Source: an uncultured bacterium
GTDB lineage: Bacteria; Verrucomicrobiota; Kiritimatiellia; RFP12; UBA1067
Assembly: GCA_902801025.1 (NCBI GenBank)
Contig: CADCGZ010000004.1
Coordinates: 5,568-69,567 of the forward strand
Direction: 5' to 3'
Length of the DNA stretch: 64,000 nt
The translations under genes and the position numbers were made by a program. The notes beneath the pieces are model-generated. The model had not been told where the DNA came from. It saw nothing but the letters and a program-made list of their open reading frames with translations, and did not search any database. Positions 54,624-62,163 of this stretch are shown in pieces (within the stretch, counting starts at the first letter, position 1; each line of letters starts with the position of its first letter).

Positions 54624-56981
54624 ATGAATGGACCTTCAATGAAATTGCTTTCCTTTTGCATAGCATCCATCGGACTGTACGCCGCCGCGCATGCGGGTGC
54701 GCCTGCGGCGGCGAGATACGAGGCGGAGGACGCGCGGCTCGCGGGCGGCGCGTCACTCAAGGGGCCGAGCCTGGTTCAGTCCGATATCGCCGCGCAGGCG
54801 TCGGACATGAAGTACGTCGAACTTGGGACGCGCGGCGCGAAGCTGGAGTGGAAGGTGCGCGAGAGCGGAGTCGACGGCGTCACGCTGCGCTTCACAATGC
54901 CCGATCGGGAGGACGGATGGAAGCAGAGCAATCCGCAGGACGAGACTCCGCAGTACCGCCGCGAGGAAGTCTTCTGCGGCTCGCTCGAGCTGCGCGTGAA
55001 CGGGAAGAAGCGCAAGGTGCGCCAGTACGGGAAGGTCTCCGAGGCTATTCCGCTCTCCTCCTACTGGATGTGGCAGTACTTCGTCGGTGACCGTCCGGCG
55101 GACGAGCCGGGCGGACACGAGATTGCGCGCTTCGCGTTCGACGAAGTGCATTTTGCGATAGACGGCGCGCCGCTTGCAAAGGGCGACGTGCTGTCGCTCG
55201 CGAACGGCGACGGGAAGTATCCGTACGGCGTCGATTTCGTTGAGCTCGAGAAAATCCCGGCGCCGATTCCGCAGCCAGAGGGCTCGCTCAGCGTCGCGGA
55301 CTTCGGCACGGGGCGCGAGGCGATCGACAAGTGCTTCGCCGCCTGCCGCGAGCAGGGGAAGACGATGTACTTCCCTTCGGGCGTGTGGGAGTACTGGACG
55401 AAGACAGGCGACAACCGCTGGCTCCTGAACGGCGCATCCAACATGAAGATCACCGGCGCGGGCATGTGGCACACGAACCTGCATTTCCCGGGCTCTAAGC
55501 CGTTCGGCGGTGGCGTCGGAGGTGACAGGCTCGCGAAGGGAACGGAGTTCTGCCACATGTACCTCAGCTCGATGCTCCGCTCCCGCTTCAACCAGAACGC
55601 GGTCTACAAGGGCATCATGGAGGCGTGGGGCGAGGGGGCGAAGCTCCACCATCTCTGGATCGAGCACTTCGAGTGCGGATTCTGGCTCGGCGACTACCAG
55701 TCGCCCGCGAAGCCGACCGTGAAGGCTCATATCCACGACTGCCGCGTACGCAACAACCTGGCGGACGGCATCAACTTCTGCCAGGGAACGTCCGACACTC
55801 TTCTCGAAAACTGCAGCTTCCGCGGGAACGGCGACGACGGAATCACGATCCGCAACGTCTCCAAGGACAATCTCGTGAACCTCCAGGAGAAGGACAAGAA
55901 GTGCATCGTCTGGGTCAAGGAGCCAGTCTTCTCCTCCTCCGACTCGGCATCCGCTGGCGACGGCGGATGGGACAGGCGCTTCAAGTACGACTGGCGGATC
56001 GACCTCAAGGACGGAGCAGCGGCGTCGCACTCCATCGAGAACGGCGGCGACGGGCGGGTCAAGGTCGTAGTGACGCGGCCGCGCGCGGCGTATTCGCCGC
56101 GGAAGAGCAGCGCACGGACGGTAGTGATACGCAAGGGCGTTACAAAGCTCTCCAGGCCTCTTGTGCTCGCTTCCGACGAGGAGCTGTTCCTTGAGGAGGG
56201 GGCGGTGCTTACGGCCGATGCGGAGTCGAAGGACTTTCCGGTCTGCGGACGCAAGGACTCGCTGGAGCGTCCGCTCACATGGCTCATTACGACCGAACCC
56301 GGAGCGACGAACGTCGCCATACGCGGAAGCGGAGTGATCGATGCAAACGGTACCGAGATGTTCCGCCGCGGCATGCTTGTCTCCGCCGTCGTTCCGCACG
56401 CATGCGACGGTTTCGTGATGGAGGGAGTGACTGTCGTCGACGGAAACTTCTGGACCGTGACGCCCGTCCGGTCGCGCAATGTGAGGCTGAGGGACGTCGC
56501 CGTGCTGAACGACGTCGACGATCTGCGCGAAAACGACGCGTTCGACGTGTGCGAAAGCTCCGACGTGGTAGTCGAGAACTGCCTCGGCGTCTCGCGCGAC
56601 GACTCGTTCTCGACGAAGACATGGTCCGGGCACCGCGGGCAGGTCGCGGCGAAGTGGCATGGCGGCCCGCTTCCGCTCGAGCGCGTCCTCTTCAAGGGCT
56701 GCACGGCGTGGACGAGGTGCGCCGCGTTCAAGGTCGGCGACGGCGTCTCGCAGCCGCAGCGCGACGTGGTGTTCCGCGACTCGCGCGCGTTCGGCTGCCG
56801 GCACGCCGTGCGCTACAGCCACGCCAACGGTCTCGCCGAGACGAAGGGCGTAGTGTTCGAGAACATCCGGATTGACTCGTGGGACAACCGCAAGTGGCCC
56901 TTCGGATGGCTTGACATAGCGCCTGCCGAAGCCGGCGTTCCCGGAGAGCTTACGCTGCGCAACATCATTGTCCGAGAATGA
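54624..56981 (+). CDS. Exported protein with CBM-like N-terminus and two beta-helix glycosidase-like regions (GH87/GH28-like)
   Basis: GAGGTG lies 6 nt before ATG 54624. Signal MKLLSFCIASIGLYAAAHA, then RYEAEDARLAGGA (CBM-type). The first helix motif is NNLADGINFCQGTSDTLLENCSFRGNGDDGITI. The second is ENDAFDVCESSDVVVENCLGVSRDDSFSTKTW. Confidence 0.7.
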   Translation: MNGPSMKLLSFCIASIGLYAAAHAGAPAAARYEAEDARLAGGASLKGPSLVQSDIAAQASDMKYVELGTRGAKLEWKVRESGVDGVTLRFTMPDREDGWKQSNPQDETPQYRREEVFCGSLELRVNGKKRKVRQYGKVSEAIPLSSYWMWQYFVGDRPADEPGGHEIARFAFDEVHFAIDGAPLAKGDVLSLANGDGKYPYGVDFVELEKIPAPIPQPEGSLSVADFGTGREAIDKCFAACREQGKTMYFPSGVWEYWTKTGDNRWLLNGASNMKITGAGMWHTNLHFPGSKPFGGGVGGDRLAKGTEFCHMYLSSMLRSRFNQNAVYKGIMEAWGEGAKLHHLWIEHFECGFWLGDYQSPAKPTVKAHIHDCRVRNNLADGINFCQGTSDTLLENCSFRGNGDDGITIRNVSKDNLVNLQEKDKKCIVWVKEPVFSSSDSASAGDGGWDRRFKYDWRIDLKDGAAASHSIENGGDGRVKVVVTRPRAAYSPRKSSARTVVIRKGVTKLSRPLVLASDEELFLEEGAVLTADAESKDFPVCGRKDSLERPLTWLITTEPGATNVAIRGSGVIDANGTEMFRRGMLVSAVVPHACDGFVMEGVTVVDGNFWTVTPVRSRNVRLRDVAVLNDVDDLRENDAFDVCESSDVVVENCLGVSRDDSFSTKTWSGHRGQVAAKWHGGPLPLERVLFKGCTAWTRCAAFKVGDGVSQPQRDVVFRDSRAFGCRHAVRYSHANGLAETKGVVFENIRIDSWDNRKWPFGWLDIAPAEAGVPGELTLRNIIVRE

Positions 56982-56990
56982 TGGCGCGTC

Positions 56991-57056
56991 TTGCGTAATA
57001 TTCACGATTTATTTTGCGCTGTCGTCACGGCACGGGCAAAGTAAAAATTGTATAAT
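56991..57056 (+). promoter_or_regulatory. Activator-type promoter: direct-repeat operator plus extended -10
   Basis: TTGCGTaataTTCAC (56991-57005), TTGCGCtgtcGTCAC (57014-57028), 22 nt, TGTATAAT (-10 at 57051-57056). A leader of about 60 nt runs to ATG 57125. Confidence 0.55.
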
Positions 57057-57124
57057 AGCATTGTAAATTTGCCTTGCCGTGGTGCACGGCTCGGCGCTCA
57101 ACGCAAAACGAAAGGTCAGCACAT

Positions 57125-60100
57125 ATGAAACGGAGTATGTTGGCGGTAGGTATGTCGCTTCTTGCGGCATGGGCCTTCGCGGCGCTCGACGAAATCGAGC
57201 TCAAGGACTGGACGCTTCAGGACGCAACGGTCGTGGAGGCGCAGGCGAAGAAGGAAGGTTGGTTCAAGTACAACTCCGCCTGCCAGACGACCGAGGGCGA
57301 GAAGCTGTCGCTGAACGGATACGACGCGAAAGGCTGGTACAAGGCCACAGTTCCTGGGACTGTCCTCACCACGCTTGTCGACAACGGAGTGTATCCAGAG
57401 CCCACGTACGGCGAGAACAACCGCCCGGAGATCATCCCCGACGACCTCTGCAGGAAGGACTGGTGGTACCGCACGAAGGTGAGGGTCCCAGACAGCTTCA
57501 AGGACAAGACCGTCTGGCTGAACTTCGACGGCATCAACTACCACGCCGAGATATGGGTTAACGGGCGCATCACCGGGCGCATGACGGGCGCGTTCAAGCG
57601 TGCGTCGTTCGACCTCGCGAAGAGCGGCGACGCAAAGGCGGGGAAGGACATCTCCATAGCCATCAGGATATCTCCGCAGCCTACGGTCGGCGTGCCGAGC
57701 GAGCACACGATGGGCACGACGGGCGGACCGTGCGGAGGCGTCGCGCGCCTTGACGGCCCCACTTTCGGGTGCTGCGTCGGCTGGGACTGGCTCAGCGGAG
57801 TCCGCGACCGCGAGGCGGGGCTCTGGCGCAAGGTCACGCTTTCCGCGACGGGCGACGCGAAGATTCTCGATCCTCAGGTCGTGACGGACCTCCCGTCGCT
57901 TCCGAAGCTCGACACGGCGACGGTGTGCGTGAACGTTCCGGTCAGGAACCTCTCCGAGAAGCCTCTCGAAGGGACGGTCACCGTTGCGTTTGACGACGTG
58001 AAGGTGTCCAAGAAGGTTGCGCTTGGCCCCTCCGAGACGAAGACGGTCGCGTTCGCCCCTGCCGAGTTCGCCGCGCTCAAGGTGAAGAACCCGAAGCTGT
58101 GGTGGCCCAACGGACTCGGCGAGCCCGCGCTCCACGACATGAAGATCACACTCGACGCGGCCGGGAAGTCCAGCGACGAGAAGTCCCTCAAGTTCGGCAT
58201 CCGCAAGTTCGACTACTTCGCCGGGAACAAGCCCGAGTTCGCGCTTGCGGTCAACGGCGTGAGGGTGTTCATGAAGGGCGGCAACTGGGGCCTTGACGAA
58301 ATGCTCAAGCGCATCCGCCGCGACAGGATCGATGCGCAGGTGAGGCTCCACCGCGAGGAGAACTTCAACATGATCCGCGACTGGGGCGGGATGAGCCAGA
58401 GCGAAGAGCTCGCCGATGCTTGCGACAAGTACGGCATCATGCTCTGGGAGGACTTCTGGCAGTTCAACTCGATCGACCCCGTCAACACAGACTTCTACTT
58501 CACGCACGTGAAGGACACGATCCTCAGATTCCGCAACCACGCCTCGCTCGTCCTCTGGTGCTCGCGCAACGAGGCGACGCCTCCAAAGTACCTCGACGAC
58601 GAGATGCGCTTCCTCCTCAAGGACCTCGACCCGACGCGCCACTACCAGGCCAACTCGGGCGGCGGCTACGGCTTCAACTCCGGTGGTCCGTACGACTGGG
58701 CTCCGCCCGCGCGCTTCTCGCGCTTCATGGACGATCCGTCCTGGAAGAAGCAGGAGACGTTCAAGACCGAGATCGGCGGCGTGTCGATTCCGACGATCGA
58801 GTCCCTCATGTCGATGTTCCCGAAGGAGGACTGGGAGGGCTTCACGGACGCGTGGGGCGAGCACAACATGTGCGCCGGCGGCGGCAGGAAGTATCCGCGC
58901 TTCATGGCCACGCGCTATGGCGAGATCAGGAACTTCGCCGACTTCGCCCGCAAGGCGCAGCTCATGAACTACGAGACGCACCGCGCGATCTACGAGGGAC
59001 GCATCGGCCGCATGTTCGAACCGATGGAGGGTGCGCTCCTGTGGATGAGCATACCGGCGCAGCCGAGCCTCATCTGGCAGTCGTTCACCTACGACCTCGA
59101 CACGCACGCCACCTACTTCGGCATCAAGAAGGGCTGCGAGCCGCGCCACGTGTTCTTCAACGAGTCGGCCGAGGGCGGAATCGTCCAGGCTGTCAACCAC
59201 GGCCGCACGCCGTTCGAGGGCAAGGCGAAGTTCTCGGTCTACAACCTCGACGCGTCGCTCGCCGGGACGCAGGAGTTCCCCGTCAAGCTCGGCCCAGCGC
59301 AGAAGATGAAGCTCGGCGACGTCAAGTGGCCCGAGAACCTTTCGAAGGTCCACTTCATGAAGGCGGAGCTGTTTGACGCCGCGGGTAAGCTCGTCACGGA
59401 CAACTTCTACTGGCACAACCGCGCGTGCAATCCCGCGAAGGCGGACGAGCTGCGCGACGACAACAAGATCGTCCGCTACGACGACCTCAAGGACCTCGAT
59501 ACGCTTCCAAAGGTTACGCTCGAGGCGAAGGCAAAGAGCGCGGTCCGCGAGGGCAAGACTCTTGTCGCCGTCGAGCTCAGGAATCCGTCCAAGTCCGTCG
59601 CGCTCATGGCGCATCTCCAGCTCCGCGGCATGAAGAGCGGAAAGCGCGTCCTTCCGACGACGTACTCCGACAACTACGTGTCCCTCCTCCCCGGCGAGAC
59701 GAAGAGAATCGTCGCGCAGTGCGACACCGCGCAGCTCAACGGCGAGCAGCCGTTCGTGACGGTCGATGGATGGAACGTCACCGTCGCGAAGGGCGCGATG
59801 GTCGGTCCGAACGAGATCGCCTCGCCTGACGCGAAGGAGTGGGCGCACCAGAAGGGCTTCGGGTTCCTTCCCAAGCCGCTTGTCGCGAAGAAGGTCGTTC
59901 GCATCAACTGCGGCGGATACAACCGCGGCAACTTCGAGAAGGACCCGGGCTTCCTCGAGGCGCCTGTCGGGTTCCGCACCGAGCCCATGGTCCTCTCTGA
60001 GTGCCCGAACGCCGGTCCGGAGGACATGTACCGCACGGTTCGCTGGGGCGAGTCGGTCTACTCCAACCTCCTCGCCAAGGCCAACGCGCCGTACACGGTC

Positions 60101-60355
60101 CGTCTCCACTTCGCGGAGAGCGAGAAGTCCAAGTGCGACGGAAAGAACATGATGGACGTCCTCGTAAACGGCGAGCCGATCCTCACGAACTTAGACCCCG
60201 GTTTCGCCGGGCTCTACAAGGCCGGCGTCAAGGAGATCAAGCACGTCAAGTCCGACGCGAAGGGCTATGTCAACCTCTCGTTCGTCAAGGGCAAGAAGGT
60301 CGGCAACGAGTCGCGCGATCCGCGCATCAACGGATACGAGATCATCCCCGAGTGA
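57125..60355 (+). CDS. GH2 family exo-beta-D-glucosaminidase/beta-mannosidase-like enzyme with C-terminal malectin-like domain, exported
   Basis: About 1076 aa from ATG 57125, signal MLAVGMSLLAAWAFA. Motifs are GYDAKGWYKATVPGTVLTTLVDNGVYPEP, NMIRDWGG and HASLVLWCSRNE. The C-terminal part is malectin-like: VRINCGG..YRTVRWG..YTVRLHFAE..INGYEI. Confidence 0.88.
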   Translation: MKRSMLAVGMSLLAAWAFAALDEIELKDWTLQDATVVEAQAKKEGWFKYNSACQTTEGEKLSLNGYDAKGWYKATVPGTVLTTLVDNGVYPEPTYGENNRPEIIPDDLCRKDWWYRTKVRVPDSFKDKTVWLNFDGINYHAEIWVNGRITGRMTGAFKRASFDLAKSGDAKAGKDISIAIRISPQPTVGVPSEHTMGTTGGPCGGVARLDGPTFGCCVGWDWLSGVRDREAGLWRKVTLSATGDAKILDPQVVTDLPSLPKLDTATVCVNVPVRNLSEKPLEGTVTVAFDDVKVSKKVALGPSETKTVAFAPAEFAALKVKNPKLWWPNGLGEPALHDMKITLDAAGKSSDEKSLKFGIRKFDYFAGNKPEFALAVNGVRVFMKGGNWGLDEMLKRIRRDRIDAQVRLHREENFNMIRDWGGMSQSEELADACDKYGIMLWEDFWQFNSIDPVNTDFYFTHVKDTILRFRNHASLVLWCSRNEATPPKYLDDEMRFLLKDLDPTRHYQANSGGGYGFNSGGPYDWAPPARFSRFMDDPSWKKQETFKTEIGGVSIPTIESLMSMFPKEDWEGFTDAWGEHNMCAGGGRKYPRFMATRYGEIRNFADFARKAQLMNYETHRAIYEGRIGRMFEPMEGALLWMSIPAQPSLIWQSFTYDLDTHATYFGIKKGCEPRHVFFNESAEGGIVQAVNHGRTPFEGKAKFSVYNLDASLAGTQEFPVKLGPAQKMKLGDVKWPENLSKVHFMKAELFDAAGKLVTDNFYWHNRACNPAKADELRDDNKIVRYDDLKDLDTLPKVTLEAKAKSAVREGKTLVAVELRNPSKSVALMAHLQLRGMKSGKRVLPTTYSDNYVSLLPGETKRIVAQCDTAQLNGEQPFVTVDGWNVTVAKGAMVGPNEIASPDAKEWAHQKGFGFLPKPLVAKKVVRINCGGYNRGNFEKDPGFLEAPVGFRTEPMVLSECPNAGPEDMYRTVRWGESVYSNLLAKANAPYTVRLHFAESEKSKCDGKNMMDVLVNGEPILTNLDPGFAGLYKAGVKEIKHVKSDAKGYVNLSFVKGKKVGNESRDPRINGYEIIPE

Positions 60356-60389
60356 CATCGGCGAAACTCATTCCGAATGCATAATGCGT

Positions 60390-60424
60390 CCGCGCGGCAC
60401 ATTTGCCGCGCGGCCGTATTTTTT
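60390..60424 (+). terminator. Intrinsic terminator
   Basis: CCGCGCGGCA-catt-TGCCGCGCGG (10-bp stem) followed by CCGTATTTTTT. Confidence 0.75.
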
Positions 60425-60500
60425 CAGTCGGCAAAGTGGCGACCTCGTGGAATAACCAAAGCAGAGTATTTTTCAGCATGTGAATCGTATTTTTCTGGCA

Positions 60501-60833
60501 TTACGGGTAAAAGTTGGCTGGCTTCAACCATTTCCCAATCCCGATATTGACGCCGCCAACCATCCAACAAAAATGCCACGAGTCAACCATCCTTCGTGTC
60601 GAATCAAAGAACGATTTCGAAACAACAATCCCACATTCGTGATTCTCCAAATCCGACAACGTCGAGCTGCACGGGCTCGGCTCGTCCATCAACTGCCTCG
60701 GCCGTCGCGTCACTTCCTTCACCACCCGCAACGCGAAGGGGATTGCGAAGTTGCGGGCAATGTTGCCATGAGCGCAGACGACGGCGAGAAACGCAAACCC
60801 TTGTAAAATGGGCCTTTCGTGGGGTTCCCAGGC
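60501..60833 (-). other. Low-GC spacer with an unassigned open frame (possible gene remnant)
   Basis: About 110 open codons on the - strand, in the same frame as and immediately after the TAG of the 60834..62048 regulator: AWEPHERPILQGFAFLAVVCAHGNIARNFAIPFALRVVKEV...WHFCWMVGGVNIGIGKWLKPANFYP. The only starts are internal TTG/GTG (76-aa ORF 60501..60731). No family recognised. Confidence 0.2.
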
Positions 60834-62048
60834 CTATGATGAGACGCCGTTGCGATATTCGCGCATGGAGATGCCGAAGTGCCTCTTGAATACTGCCTTC
60901 GGCGGGGTCGGGTTTTTCCATCCGCAGGCTGCGGTGATCTCGGATATCGGGTCTTTCGTCTGCCGTAGCCGACGCTTCACCTCCTCGAGCCGGATCCGCA
61001 GCATCGCCTCGTAGACACTTTCGTTCTGAAGTTCGCGGAATCGCATTTCAAGGAGTGAACGCGAAACCTTGAACCTGCGGGCGACGTCTTCGACCCCGAT
61101 CCCTTTCATGGCTTCGTGTGCAATGTACGCAAGCACCTTCTGCACGAGTTTTCCCGCAACCGACTGCGCAACAGTTGACTCCCGGTGGACTATGGTGCGG
61201 ATGCCGACTTTCCTCAGACGTTTCTCTGCGGGAATCGAGCCACCTGACATCATCTTTTCCAAGAGCTCCCCCGCGAGTCGCCCCTCGCCGATGAAGTCTG
61301 GCTGGATGCTGGAAAGCTTGGGCTCGGCGTTTTCGCAAAGGATCGGGTCGTTGTTCACGCCGAGGATCCCGATCTCGGCCGGAATCTTGATGCCGATTTC
61401 GTTGCACACGTCAACAACTTCAAAGGCTCGGTCGTCGCATGCCGCGAGAATGCCGCAGGGCTTGGGAAGACCCTGGAGCCACTTTATCAGTGTATGTTTG
61501 TCCTCGACCTTGTCCTTGTAGTGCGTGATGTCGAACATGCGCCCGATGAAGCCGGCATTTTCGAGCACGTCGCGGAATGCTGTGCCGCGCTCGCGGCTCC
61601 AGTCGTCGTCCGTGCGGTAGCCGGCGTAGCCGTAGCTTTTGTAGACGCCCTGTCTGAGAAGGGCGTGCGCTGCCTCGCGTCCGATAGCCTGCGAATCGCT
61701 CTTTACGAAGGCGATGTTTTTTGTCCGTTTCTCGATGCCGCCTCCTGACACGTTCATCACGACAGTGGGAATGTCCGTCCCAGCGAGAACGCCAAGCGCG
61801 TCCTCCGTTCCGGGAATCCCCACGATGAAGCCGTCGGCCTTGCGTTCTAGTTCGTGCTGTACGGTCTCTGCAGAGAATTCGTGTCTTGTTCTGTAGATGA
61901 CGAGCTGCCAGCGGTGCCCCGCGCTCAGGTGCTCGAATACGCCGTTCAGCTTGTCCTGTCCGGCGATGCCGGCCATCCTGAGCGCGACCACCACGCGCCG
62001 TGGCGTGCCCGTCGAGGTGTATTCCTTTGCCTTGCGATTGTAAGCCAT
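60834..62048 (-). CDS. XylR-type hybrid regulator (sugar-sensor domain + AraC-family HTH), second copy
   Basis: 404 aa. PBP-like core (PKPCGILAACDDRAF, IGILGVNNDP). C-terminal AraC HTH (VARRFKVSRSLLEMRF..., ACGWKNPTPPKAVFKRHFGISMREYRN). Confidence 0.88.
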   Translation of the reverse strand: MAYNRKAKEYTSTGTPRRVVVALRMAGIAGQDKLNGVFEHLSAGHRWQLVIYRTRHEFSAETVQHELERKADGFIVGIPGTEDALGVLAGTDIPTVVMNVSGGGIEKRTKNIAFVKSDSQAIGREAAHALLRQGVYKSYGYAGYRTDDDWSRERGTAFRDVLENAGFIGRMFDITHYKDKVEDKHTLIKWLQGLPKPCGILAACDDRAFEVVDVCNEIGIKIPAEIGILGVNNDPILCENAEPKLSSIQPDFIGEGRLAGELLEKMMSGGSIPAEKRLRKVGIRTIVHRESTVAQSVAGKLVQKVLAYIAHEAMKGIGVEDVARRFKVSRSLLEMRFRELQNESVYEAMLRIRLEEVKRRLRQTKDPISEITAACGWKNPTPPKAVFKRHFGISMREYRNGVSS

Positions 62049-62090
62049 GCTCGGTATTATAGCAAAATTTCATGCGGACACTGTAACGTG

Positions 62091-62156
62091 TTGGCGAAAA
62101 GATGGTGTTGTTTTGGCGTAAAAGAGATTCTGCTGGCAGCGGATATTTGGTAGAAT
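62091..62156 (+). promoter_or_regulatory. Divergent promoter with a distinct direct repeat, leaderless GTG start predicted
   Basis: TTGGCGaAAAAGA (62091) and TTGGCGtAAAAGA (62113) are 22 nt apart. TGgTAGAAT (-10 at 62151-62156) starts 60 nt after the first repeat, the same total geometry as the TTGCGY promoters. GTG 62164 is 7 nt after the -10 box. Confidence 0.45.
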
Positions 62157-62163
62157 ATGTGTC

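Noticed and set aside
57063-57124. Riboswitch or attenuator in the ~60-nt leader of the GH2/malectin gene (hairpin GCCGTG-gtg-CACGGC at 57076-57090)
   Set aside because: There is a single 6-bp stem with a 3-nt loop, no alternative pairing, no T-run and no known riboswitch core. That is too weak to report as a feature.
60480-60806. + strand ORF of 108 aa in the low-GC spacer
   Set aside because: The translation (…NHPTKMPRVNHPSCRIKERFRNNNPTFVILQIRQRRAARARLVHQ…) is not protein-like. It has no SD and runs against the orientation suggested by the slightly more plausible - strand frame.
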